This document shows positions 8,794 through 17,335 of a DNA stretch of 32,000 nt, one piece after another; the stretch's first letter is position 1, and every line of letters begins with the position of its first letter. This DNA comes from Nitrosopumilus maritimus SCM1 (GTDB taxonomy: Archaea > Thermoproteota > Nitrososphaeria > Nitrososphaerales > Nitrosopumilaceae). The translations under genes were made by a program, and so were the position numbers. The stretch covers positions 1,470,001 to 1,502,000 of the forward strand of contig NC_010085.1 in NCBI RefSeq assembly GCF_000018465.1, written 5' to 3'. The notes beneath the pieces are model-generated. The model worked only from the letters and a program-made list of their open reading frames with translations. It was not told the origin of the DNA and did no database searches.

Positions 8794-9246
8794 CTAAGTG
8801 TAAACTTTCAATTGAGGATTTTCAACAATCATTTCTTTTAGAATTTCTGTTGCTAATCTGTCAAGTTTTTGCATACCTTGTTTAGAAACTATACGTCCTT
8901 TCTTCTCAACCTTCTCCAAGTAACCTAATTTCTCTAGTCCATGGATGGCATTTCTAATAATTGCACCGCCAGCGTCTTTGTGATGAGCTGCACCATAACC
9001 AGATGGTTTACCGCCACCATAATCTTTTCTTAATTCGTTAATTCCAATTGGACCATGAAGGTAAATTTTTCTCATAATTGAAGCACATCTAGTATGCCAC
9101 CAATCACGGTTTTGTGGTGGTTTGTCAGCATGAGCTCCAGTTTTTACAAATGGAATCCAAGAAGGAGCTGGAATATCTTCATTTTTTAGGATCTCAGCTA
9201 GCTTTCCTATCAATACATCTGCTGGTACATCGTATACCTTTGCCAT
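8794..9246 (-). CDS. rps19e: Small ribosomal subunit protein S19e
   Basis: 150 aa; VYDVPADVLIGKLAEILKNE, DWWHTRCASIMRKIYLHGPIGINELRKDYGG, GAIIRNAIHGLEKLGYLEK. Confidence 0.94.
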   Translation of the reverse strand: MAKVYDVPADVLIGKLAEILKNEDIPAPSWIPFVKTGAHADKPPQNRDWWHTRCASIMRKIYLHGPIGINELRKDYGGGKPSGYGAAHHKDAGGAIIRNAIHGLEKLGYLEKVEKKGRIVSKQGMQKLDRLATEILKEMIVENPQLKVYT

Positions 9247-9277
9247 GAAGACAAAAAATCGAGAATCGTCTTATAAA

Positions 9278-9598
9278 TCATTGAGATATTATTTTGCGAT
9301 ACGTGTGCCCACACAAGTAGCAAGATATTCTGATCGACTTGACAGATGCTCTACCCAAACGAATTCGGGAATTTACTCCAGGCGCAATGAATGATTTACA
9401 TTTTTTGCAAAAAACCATCCGGAGTTCATAAGGCATTCGGATTTTGTGTCGAGTGCTAATTCGTCTTGCAAGAAGAGCTTGGCGTTGAGAGAGTTCAGGA
9501 TCGGTTTTTGCGTTACTAATTGCATTTTGTATTAGAATTTGCATTCTCTCCATTGCAAGTTTTCTTACTGCAGGTTTCACAATAATTTCTAAAGTCAC
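9278..9598 (-). CDS. rnp4: Ribonuclease P protein component 4 (Rpr2/Rpp21)
   Basis: 106 aa; LARRISTRHKIRMPYELRMVFCKKCKSFIAPGVNSRIRLG and ISCYLCGHTYRK Zn-ribbon. Confidence 0.85.
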   Translation of the reverse strand: MTLEIIVKPAVRKLAMERMQILIQNAISNAKTDPELSQRQALLARRISTRHKIRMPYELRMVFCKKCKSFIAPGVNSRIRLGRASVKSIRISCYLCGHTYRKIISQ

Positions 9599-9632
9599 AC
9601 CTAAAAATTACTTCTCATTAAAATCAAAGATA

Positions 9633-9706
9633 TGCAGTCAGCGGGATTCGAACCCGCGTCACAGGGTTGGAAACCCCGAATACTAACCAGGCTATACTAT
9701 GACTGC
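9633..9706 (-). tRNA. tRNA-Gly (anticodon TCC)
   Basis: Minus strand GCAGTCA...TGACTGC+A acceptor, CGGGG-TTTCCAA-CCCTG anticodon arm, GCGGG-TTCGAAT-CCCGC T arm. 74 nt, no intron. Confidence 0.93.
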
Positions 9707-9728
9707 AACAAAATGCAAATTTTTATGC

Positions 9729-10397
9729 CTACATAAAAATGGTTTTTTCGTACTCATAGAGCATTCTGGCAACAACAGTATGACCTTCAAAGGGTTCATT
9801 GCCAACTGAATACATCTGGGCAAATTTTTTTTCAATAGAATCTGAAAAATGTCCTTTCTGGAACCCTCCAAACACAAGACAATAATCAGTATTGATCTCA
9901 GATACAATTTTTTCATACGAATTTTCAGTTCCCTTGGTAGAGAATCCAATTATTTTTGAAGGGTTTATTTCATCAATTAATTCTGAAAATGTTTTATTTT
10001 TGATTTCAAGTAGTGTTTCATTATTTGCAATTATCTTTTTTTCTTTATACAATTTTTCAATCAATCCTGCAAACCTATGATAAGATTTTGGCACATGCAC
10101 ATTTTGACCAAAATAGATCACCTTATCATCAATTGTATGAACATAGAGTTTGATTTTGTTTTTTAGATAAAGTGGAATTGTTGTTGCTTCAAGTATTGAA
10201 AAATGCACAAGGTCTGGTCTACCTCTCTTTAATTCATTGATGATTCCTTTCATTGCTGCAAAGTGCCATGAGTTATCTAGTAGAATTTCCGATGAAAGTT
10301 TTCCGAGTTTTCTTGCATGAGAAATTACTGATTGATGATGTTTTAGTTCAGATGGAACAAGTTCTAATGCTGATTCAGCTAAAACTACAGAAATCAT
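9729..10397 (-). CDS. nep1: rRNA small subunit pseudouridine N1-methyltransferase Nep1/Emg1 (SPOUT family)
   Basis: 222 aa; SALELVPSELKHHQSVISHARKLGK, LLDNSWHFAAMK, RPDLVHFSILEATTIPLYLKNKIKLYVHTIDD, VFGGFQKGHFS. Confidence 0.9.
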   Translation of the reverse strand: MISVVLAESALELVPSELKHHQSVISHARKLGKLSSEILLDNSWHFAAMKGIINELKRGRPDLVHFSILEATTIPLYLKNKIKLYVHTIDDKVIYFGQNVHVPKSYHRFAGLIEKLYKEKKIIANNETLLEIKNKTFSELIDEINPSKIIGFSTKGTENSYEKIVSEINTDYCLVFGGFQKGHFSDSIEKKFAQMYSVGNEPFEGHTVVARMLYEYEKTIFM

Positions 10398-10398
10398 T

Positions 10399-11523
10399 TT
10401 AGTTTAACATCTGAATTTGATTCTTAAATTCATTCCAACCTGATTTGGGATTACCATTTTCATCAAACAATCCAGCATTGCATACATAATGATCTAGTCT
10501 CTCAATTACATGCTCACTACTGCCAAAACCTGAACCTCCTACTGTGAGTTTGTCTTCTCCTACCTCTTGTACTTCGAATGCACAAGTTCCTTCAGGTTTG
10601 TCATTTTGCCTATACCATGTGAAAAACTCTAGTTCAGATTCATTTTCTGCATAAAATTCAAAGGATTTTTCTAAAAATTCAGTCTGAGATTCTTCACTTC
10701 CTCCAACAAAGTCAGAGGTACTCCAGCTAATCTCAAAAATTGCAGCATTCCTATCACCTGCCAAATCAATAATTTGTTCTAGGTCTTCTTTTGCTTGTTG
10801 TGGGGTTTTCACCATATCACCTACTGTATCTACAGGAGAATAAGAGAATGCAACAAAATCACCAACATCCAAATCAGTCACAATGTTTTGCAAGTCCTTA
10901 TTCAAAACTTGGTGTAATGCAAATGCATTTCCAATTTTTACATCAGGATGTTTTTCCTTAATTTTATCATATACTCCAACGAATAGTTCTTTGTAAGGAG
11001 GAATGTTTTGTTCGTAATATCTGAATTGAGATTCTGTTTCTCCTGCAAGAATTACAGTATCAACAATATGGTATCGAGACAATATTGCATCAAGAACACT
11101 AACTACTCTATCTTCATTTAGTGATTGGATAGGTGGTTTTCCAATCCAATCTGGAAATGGTCCTAATGTTTCTCCGTTAATTATTGAAAAGTAAAGTGTA
11201 ACTTTGAGATCGTTTTTTTGATTAAAGCTCATCAAGGCATCAGAGTATTGCCAATTGTATTCTCTATGTTCTGGTTCAATTAAATTCCAAAAGAGATAGA
11301 CATTGCTTCTTCCAATTCCAGATTCAGATGCAGTAGAATAGATTTCATCTAACTCTTGTAGTGTTACAGATTGATTTGGAGAGTTAATTACTAGTCCAAT
11401 CTTCTCATTAGTCTTTACAGGTGTAACTTCAGGATTTGAATCACTAGGAATACTGAGAACTCCAGCTATAATGGCAATAACTACTGCCACGCCTATACCT
11501 ACGCCTAGAATCTTCTTATCCAT
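10399..11523 (-). CDS. Membrane-anchored/secreted TIM-barrel glycoside-hydrolase-like protein
   Basis: 374 aa; N-terminal TM/signal ILGVGIGVAVVIAIIAGVLS; NVYLFWNLIEPEHREYNWQYSDALMSF, VDTVILAGETESQF and AAIFEISWSTSD resemble GH barrel strands. Confidence 0.55.
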   Translation of the reverse strand: MDKKILGVGIGVAVVIAIIAGVLSIPSDSNPEVTPVKTNEKIGLVINSPNQSVTLQELDEIYSTASESGIGRSNVYLFWNLIEPEHREYNWQYSDALMSFNQKNDLKVTLYFSIINGETLGPFPDWIGKPPIQSLNEDRVVSVLDAILSRYHIVDTVILAGETESQFRYYEQNIPPYKELFVGVYDKIKEKHPDVKIGNAFALHQVLNKDLQNIVTDLDVGDFVAFSYSPVDTVGDMVKTPQQAKEDLEQIIDLAGDRNAAIFEISWSTSDFVGGSEESQTEFLEKSFEFYAENESELEFFTWYRQNDKPEGTCAFEVQEVGEDKLTVGGSGFGSSEHVIERLDHYVCNAGLFDENGNPKSGWNEFKNQIQMLN

Positions 11524-11569
11524 ACGAATTCAAAAAGAAAAGAAAGTAAAAAAGTTGTGATTCTGTTAT

Positions 11570-14224
11570 CTATCCAGAAGTACAACCACTAAATCCACAT
11601 TCAATGCAGATACTGCAACCTTCTACAAATACAAGGTTGTTCTTACATGTTGGACATAGACGATCTTCTGCAACTTCTTCTTGTTGTTGAATTGGTTCAG
11701 ATTTGATTTCTTCGTCATGTACCTTTAATGCAAGTGCTGCATTAACTTGTGATTTGATGTATGGGTTTGTGATTTGTGTTGAAACATAGTTTGTTACATG
11801 TTCACTTGGTGTAACATCAAATGTTTTTTCTGCATTTTCACTTGTCATATGAAGAACTTGTTTGTGTCTAGAGCCATCACGGTACACTGTGATACCTTTT
11901 AGACCAATCTCATGTGCCAACAGATATGCAGATTTTACATCTTCTGCAGTTACATCATATGGCATGTTGATTGTTTTTGCAATTGCATTTCCAATCCAGT
12001 CTTGCCATACACCTTGAGCCATCAAGTGATCAGACCAGTGAATGTCCATTGCGGTTACAAAGACATCTTGCATCCATTGAGGAATTTCATCAATTCCTTT
12101 CAATGAACCATAGTTGTCTGCAATTTTTGCAAGGATTTCATCGTTGTATAGGTTATTTTCTTTTAGGACTTGTTCAACAATCTTGTTTGTATAGAAGAAT
12201 CTTCCTACAGTAACTCTCTTCTCAAATACCAATGCAAATGCAGGTTCCATTCCGTTTGAACAATCTGCAATCATTGACAAAGTACCTGTTGGAGCTACTG
12301 TTGTTGTTAGGACATTTCTAATTCCATATTGTTTGATTTTCTCAACTAGTGCATCCCATTCATAAGAGTGAGATTCTTTTGGCTTTTCATAATAGCCTGC
12401 AACAGGAATCTTTCCTTCAGGATATTCCGTCTTGGAGCACAGTGGGAATTCACCACGAGACTTGGCAAGGGCTACACTTTCTTCCATGGAATAGTATGTT
12501 AAGGCTTCAGATAGTTTGGATTGTAATTCATATCCCTCTTTAGAGTTGTATGGGATTCTTAGTTTGTACAAGAGATCTGCTACTCCCATTACACCTAATC
12601 CAATTCTTCGGGATTCCTTTGATGCTACATTGATCTCTGGAACTGGATAGTGATTAACATCAATGATGTTATCAAGGAATCTTGTAGTCTTTCTGATTGT
12701 TTCTTCATATCTTTGCCAATCAAATTCATAGGTTCCATCTGCTTGTCTCTTTACGAGATTTACTAAATTGATAGAACCAAGATTGCATGATTCGTATGGG
12801 TAAAGACTTTGTTCACCACATGGATTTGTTGCACGTAATGGTGCTTGTCTTGCTTTTGCAAATACATTGTATTTGTTAATTTGATCAAAGAAGATCAAAC
12901 CAGGTTCTGCACTCTTCCATGCAGATAATGCAATCAAGTCAATTAGTTGGTGTGCGTTAATTTCTTTAACTGGTTTTTTGTCACGTGGACTACGTAAAAC
13001 ATAGTTACCATCACTAGTGTTTACAAGTGCATGCCAAAAGTCTTCCCAAACACCAACGCTGACGTTAAAGTTTTCTAAAACACCAGGTTCTGTTTTGTTT
13101 GTGATGAATTTTTCAACATCTGGATGCCATGCTTCAATTATACCCATGTTTGCACCACGTCTCTTTCCTCCTTGTTTAACAACTTCAGTTACAGTGTTAA
13201 TGATGTTCATGAAGGAAACCGGACCGGATGCAACACCTGATGTTGATGCTACAATGTCACCTTCTTCACGAAGATCAGAATAGTTGATTCCAACTCCACC
13301 ACCAGATTTGAAGATTAATGCTGCATCAGAAGTTGATTTCATGATTTCTTCCATGCCATCTTGCATTCCAAGTACAAAGCATGCAGAGAGTTGACCTAGT
13401 CTGCCACCTGCATTCATCATTGTTGGAGAGTTTGGCAAAAAGTCTTGAGAAACCATCAGATCAAAGTACTCTGTGATTTTATCAGCATAGCCATCTAGTT
13501 TCTTTGCTGCAAGTAGTGTCAAAAGTTCTTTGAAGCTTATCTTCATGTGACCTTTGTTTGCAAGTGTTACGTAGTGGTTGATGAGTGATCTGAAATGCCA
13601 TTTGTTGAAGAAATAGTCTCCAACTTTGAATTTGTAATCAAAGGCATCTAGTTTTTCAAGATAAGACTTTGCTTCTTCTACATCTTGTTTTGTATTTCCA
13701 GATTTGTCAAAGACTTGGGCGTCATACATGAGATCACCAATTCCGACAAGTATTGCGACTCTCTCAAACATTTGAGTTGGAGATTCAATAATCTCATTCT
13801 TTCCATTTCTGAAAAGGTATCTTGATGCTAAAACTCTAAGACAATTCAAATCAAACTTTTTGGAGACTGGATCAAGGGCCTTTAGATTCAGGACCTTCAT
13901 TTTCTCGTCTCTTAGTTTTCTTCTCTCATGTCTGTAAACAATGTAGGCTTTTGCAATATCGCTATTGCCACTGTCAATCAAAGTAGACTCTACAATATCT
14001 TGAATATCTTCAACAGTAGGGCTTCTCGTACTAGTGAAGCCTTGCTCTACTAACTTGTTAACAACATTATCTGCTAACTGATCGGCTAGACCACGGTCGG
14101 CTTTAGAGGTGGCAGCCAATGCCTTGTAAATGGCATTTGAAATTTTATCCTTATTGAAAGCCGTTACTGCGCCACTGCGCTTACGGATCTCATTGATAGT
14201 ATTTTCTATTTGTGAATTATCCAT
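11570..14224 (-). CDS. nrdJ: Adenosylcobalamin-dependent ribonucleoside-diphosphate reductase (class II)
   Basis: 884 aa; N-terminal ATP-cone; FLPNSPTMMNAGGRLGQLSACFVL, NPCGEQSLYPYESCNLGSINL, TTVAPTGTLSMIADCSNGMEPAF; C-terminal CPTCKNNLVFVEGCSICIECGFSGC. Confidence 0.95.
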   Translation of the reverse strand: MDNSQIENTINEIRKRSGAVTAFNKDKISNAIYKALAATSKADRGLADQLADNVVNKLVEQGFTSTRSPTVEDIQDIVESTLIDSGNSDIAKAYIVYRHERRKLRDEKMKVLNLKALDPVSKKFDLNCLRVLASRYLFRNGKNEIIESPTQMFERVAILVGIGDLMYDAQVFDKSGNTKQDVEEAKSYLEKLDAFDYKFKVGDYFFNKWHFRSLINHYVTLANKGHMKISFKELLTLLAAKKLDGYADKITEYFDLMVSQDFLPNSPTMMNAGGRLGQLSACFVLGMQDGMEEIMKSTSDAALIFKSGGGVGINYSDLREEGDIVASTSGVASGPVSFMNIINTVTEVVKQGGKRRGANMGIIEAWHPDVEKFITNKTEPGVLENFNVSVGVWEDFWHALVNTSDGNYVLRSPRDKKPVKEINAHQLIDLIALSAWKSAEPGLIFFDQINKYNVFAKARQAPLRATNPCGEQSLYPYESCNLGSINLVNLVKRQADGTYEFDWQRYEETIRKTTRFLDNIIDVNHYPVPEINVASKESRRIGLGVMGVADLLYKLRIPYNSKEGYELQSKLSEALTYYSMEESVALAKSRGEFPLCSKTEYPEGKIPVAGYYEKPKESHSYEWDALVEKIKQYGIRNVLTTTVAPTGTLSMIADCSNGMEPAFALVFEKRVTVGRFFYTNKIVEQVLKENNLYNDEILAKIADNYGSLKGIDEIPQWMQDVFVTAMDIHWSDHLMAQGVWQDWIGNAIAKTINMPYDVTAEDVKSAYLLAHEIGLKGITVYRDGSRHKQVLHMTSENAEKTFDVTPSEHVTNYVSTQITNPYIKSQVNAALALKVHDEEIKSEPIQQQEEVAEDRLCPTCKNNLVFVEGCSICIECGFSGCTSG

Positions 14225-14233
14225 TATAATCTC

Positions 14234-14259
14234 CCCGCAAGGGTTATGATCAATGCGGG
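14234..14259 (-). promoter_or_regulatory. Inverted repeat just downstream of a TATA-like element before nrdJ (candidate operator)
   Basis: CCCGCA-(14 nt, contains GATC)-TGCGGG adjacent to ATAAA/TTTATA (14260-14265); nrdJ starts at 14224. Confidence 0.5.
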
Positions 14260-14427
14260 TATAAATGATTTGTCAGTTTTTGTCTAAAAGTTCGGTTCAA
14301 AAAATTTGACAACGCTACTATGAACTTCATAATGGCATAACTTCTGCGATAGACGATGATCGCGAAGGTCTGAAACAGATCAAAAAGTTTTCAAAAATGA
14401 TCGTAACTAGTTTTTCATTTATGAATT

Positions 14428-16599
14428 TCAGACAACATATGGAGACTTGCACTTTGGACACTTATCTTCAAACGGTTCATCTTTAAAACCACACTCACCA
14501 CAGATTGCAATGTCTTGAACAGGCTTGAAGGATGTTGTAAGTTCTGATGTCTTCTCAATTGCTTTTTTAATTTCTGCAGGCTTTGCATCTTTGCCGATAT
14601 TTAGTGTTACAAACAATCCCCCGTTTAGCAACTTTGAGAGTTTGTTACACTCAGAGATTGGCTCGCTCTTGGCAGTATAATCAGAGACTTCAGAGGCATC
14701 AATAATGATTCCCTCAGAATAAGAATCACCTTCCATAGAGTTTAAGGATGAATTTTTGCCATATTTCTCACCATCAAGAGTAGCAAATCTGGTTGCACTT
14801 TCAGTTTCAGTCATGCAAATAGCCACAGGATCACCTAATTCTTTGCCTTTTTTGGCGCCAACGTCTACTGCAGTTTCAATTACCTTGTGAAGGATTTCAC
14901 GACCTTCTTTATTATCTTGGAATCCAAGGATGTTAAAGACTGCCTCTTTGAGGCCTACCAAATTGATTACAAGTGAAACATTACTTTTTTGCATATACTG
15001 AGTATTTTTGGCCAAAATTGGATTCAATCCGCGTCTAGTCAAATCAGAAATGTCTTTCTTTCTCAAGGCCATGGAAGATAAAGCTGGTTTCATGAGTAAT
15101 GCCAATCTTGCTCTAAAGTAAGTTTCATCTTTGTTTGATTCAAATGCTAATCTTGGAAGATTGATTGATACTGATTCAAGCATTATTGAAAGTGGACCAG
15201 AACTTTTAGTTGATCCATTAGTAATACCATGACTTGATGTTTGTCCTTTGGCAAACATTACTTTTCCACCAAGTGAAATTATTTCTGATACTGCTGCTGA
15301 AACATCTGTGATCTTTCCTTTTTCATTATCTATGATTAATCCAATTTTTGGAATTGGGGTAAGCTTTGTGTAGTTTTTGTATGCATTAATAATTGAATTA
15401 ATTATTTTTGTATCAGATCCTAATTGTAATCTAATTGAAACGTTAGTACTTGATTTATTGTATTTGGAAGTTGTAGATGCAGTTGCAAATGCTGTAGTTA
15501 ATTTTTGTTCTAGTTCTGGAAGTGATTTTGAATGTTTTGAGAATAGTGAAACAAATCCATCAAGTATAATTTCTTGTGAAGCTTCTTTTGAAAGAAGAGA
15601 GACTACAATAGACAGTGCACTTGTAATTTCATCAAGTTGTTTTGATGCAGGAATTCTTGAAACATCAAGATACTTTCCACCAAGATCAATTCCATCTTCA
15701 ATTAATTCTTTAATGTTAACAAACATTGTATCAGGAATCATTGACCAGATTCCAGGATTTGTAATGTGTAGATCACCAGAAAGATGAGAGTCAGCTACAT
15801 CTTTTGGTAAGATGTTTGTCAGAAGATGTTCAGCAAATACTGTTTGTCCTGTTTTAAACAAGAGACCTTCAGCGCCATTGTCTACATTGTCTAGATTAGT
15901 AATCATCTCTTGAACGTCAAACACAGGCAAGCCTAGGCGTGCAAGCTTGTTGCGGTATTCCTCATGACCATGCTCAAGCAAGACAGAGTTTACCATTTCC
16001 CTGATAAGTGAGCCTGTAAGATAGGTAGTTTGATATTTGTAGATTCTATTTTCAACTTCTTCAGTAATTTTTTGTGCTAATTCAAGTGGGAGGCTACCTT
16101 CACGTACCAATGATTGTATGATTTTGTGAGAATTAAATTCCTCAATTGATTCGTGTGATGTTCTAACATACATCTTTCCACTTTCAATAATTGATCTTTC
16201 TTCAATTTGTCTTGCTAAGCTCAAAACTAGTTTTCCAAGATTTGTAATTGTGTAACGTCTTTCAGATTTGTTTAATGCAACAAGTGATTGTCTAAGTAAT
16301 TTTCTCAAGTGGTATGCAAATTTTCCACTCTCTTTTTTTGATTTGAATCCAGCCAGAGATTTTAATTCTGAATAAGTTAGAGGGCCTTTTGAATTTAGAA
16401 TTCTCAGGATATCGATTCTGTTAGGACTTGCCATGACAGAAAAGATCATTCTGACACGTTTTGATGTAGATTGTAAAATTCCACCGCGTTTTGGTGAATC
16501 TGAATCATCATCTAAGTCTGTATCTAGATCATCGTCATCCATGTCTGCATCTAGATCACCTTCTAGATCCATTTCTAATTCTTCATCAGACATTTTCAT
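14428..16599 (-). CDS. Fusion protein: acidic N-terminus + ArsR-like HTH + ATP-cone + NrdD-like domain + C-terminal Zn-ribbon; no glycyl-radical motif
   Basis: 723 aa; IDILRILNSKGPLTYSELK...KRRYTITNLGKLVLSL-type HTH; ESIEEFNSHKIIQSLVREGSLPLELAQKITEEVENRI ATP-cone; LLSKEASQEIILDGFVSLFSKHSK...; ESATRFATLDGEKYGKNS; ends ICGECGFKDEPFEDKCPKCKSPYVV*. Confidence 0.75.
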   Translation of the reverse strand: MKMSDEELEMDLEGDLDADMDDDDLDTDLDDDSDSPKRGGILQSTSKRVRMIFSVMASPNRIDILRILNSKGPLTYSELKSLAGFKSKKESGKFAYHLRKLLRQSLVALNKSERRYTITNLGKLVLSLARQIEERSIIESGKMYVRTSHESIEEFNSHKIIQSLVREGSLPLELAQKITEEVENRIYKYQTTYLTGSLIREMVNSVLLEHGHEEYRNKLARLGLPVFDVQEMITNLDNVDNGAEGLLFKTGQTVFAEHLLTNILPKDVADSHLSGDLHITNPGIWSMIPDTMFVNIKELIEDGIDLGGKYLDVSRIPASKQLDEITSALSIVVSLLSKEASQEIILDGFVSLFSKHSKSLPELEQKLTTAFATASTTSKYNKSSTNVSIRLQLGSDTKIINSIINAYKNYTKLTPIPKIGLIIDNEKGKITDVSAAVSEIISLGGKVMFAKGQTSSHGITNGSTKSSGPLSIMLESVSINLPRLAFESNKDETYFRARLALLMKPALSSMALRKKDISDLTRRGLNPILAKNTQYMQKSNVSLVINLVGLKEAVFNILGFQDNKEGREILHKVIETAVDVGAKKGKELGDPVAICMTETESATRFATLDGEKYGKNSSLNSMEGDSYSEGIIIDASEVSDYTAKSEPISECNKLSKLLNGGLFVTLNIGKDAKPAEIKKAIEKTSELTTSFKPVQDIAICGECGFKDEPFEDKCPKCKSPYVV

Positions 16600-16736
16600 G
16601 TATTTTTCTAAAAAAACGCACTAATTAAGACTTATGACAGAATGAATTTGGATCATTTTTGATCATTTTTCTAAATGCATTGAAAGATTTTTGATCTAAT
16701 TTTTAAAAATTGTAAAAAAAGATCAAATAGGAGAGA

Positions 16737-16898
16737 TTATTTTTCTTGAACATCTAGTGAAAACTCGGATGTAGAGAGTTTCTGTCCACATGACGGACAT
16801 TTTCCACTATAAGGATTCATTACATCTTTTAGTGATTTTAACATCTTCATGTTTGTGATCTTTTCACCACATTTTCCACATGTTACTTCTACTGACAT
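16737..16898 (-). CDS. Small zinc-ribbon protein (53 aa), absent from the supplied ORF track
   Basis: ATG at 16898: MSVEVTCGKCGEKITNMKMLKSLKDVMNPYSGKCPSCGQKLSTSEFSLDVQEK*; two CxxC knuckles. Confidence 0.65.
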   Translation of the reverse strand: MSVEVTCGKCGEKITNMKMLKSLKDVMNPYSGKCPSCGQKLSTSEFSLDVQEK

Positions 16899-16968
16899 GA
16901 AAATGATCATAATCACAAAATAATTAAAAATCGATTTTGATTTTTTTTAATAATTCAAACAAATAATT

Positions 16969-17334
16969 TTACTGTTTTTCGATGATGATTCCTCTTTCAT
17001 CAAAACCAGTGATTTTTGCTGGAGTTCCAACTGGGAGGTCTGCAGGGGTGGCAATTCCTGCCATAAATCCTGAAATTCTCAAATCTGAATTATCTACTTC
17101 GAGTACAACAAAGGCATATGGAGTGTATTTCTCAAAGCCTGCAGGGGGCACCGTAATTATGGTATAGGTAGCAATTTTGCCAATACCATCCAAAAGCACA
17201 TCCTCAAAGCCCTTACTACCACATTCTCTACAGAAATATGCAGTTGAAAGATGAAGATATCCGCATTCAGTACATTTGTGAGTTAGTAGTTTGCCGTTTT
17301 TGGCATTTTCAATTACTTGTTCTTCAATTGACAT
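16969..17334 (-). CDS. DUF35/OB-fold acyl-CoA-associated Zn-ribbon protein (start trimmed from 17385)
   Basis: LLTHKCTECGYLHLSTAYFCRECGSKGFEDVLLDGIGKIATYTIITVPPAGFEKYTPYAFVVLEV; abuts the thiolase gene. Confidence 0.85.
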   Translation of the reverse strand: MSIEEQVIENAKNGKLLTHKCTECGYLHLSTAYFCRECGSKGFEDVLLDGIGKIATYTIITVPPAGFEKYTPYAFVVLEVDNSDLRISGFMAGIATPADLPVGTPAKITGFDERGIIIEKQ

Positions 17335-17335
17335 T

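Noticed and set aside
9633-9706. tRNA as integration site of a mobile element
   Set aside because: No integrase, no duplicated tRNA 3' end noticed, and both flanks are housekeeping genes.
9692-9949. 85-aa ORF overlapping the tRNA and nep1
   Set aside because: Crosses the tRNA and is antisense or out-of-frame to nep1; no domain signature.
12349-13283. Plus-strand ORFs opposite nrdJ (e.g. 12349..12543, 13017..13283)
   Set aside because: Fully antisense to a well-conserved gene; low-complexity translations without recognisable domains. Most other plus-strand ORFs overlapping genes were rejected for the same reason.
14428-16599. Calling this gene a functional anaerobic ribonucleotide reductase nrdD
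   Set aside because: No glycyl-radical motif before the stop or in the other two frames downstream; N-terminal HTH points to another role.
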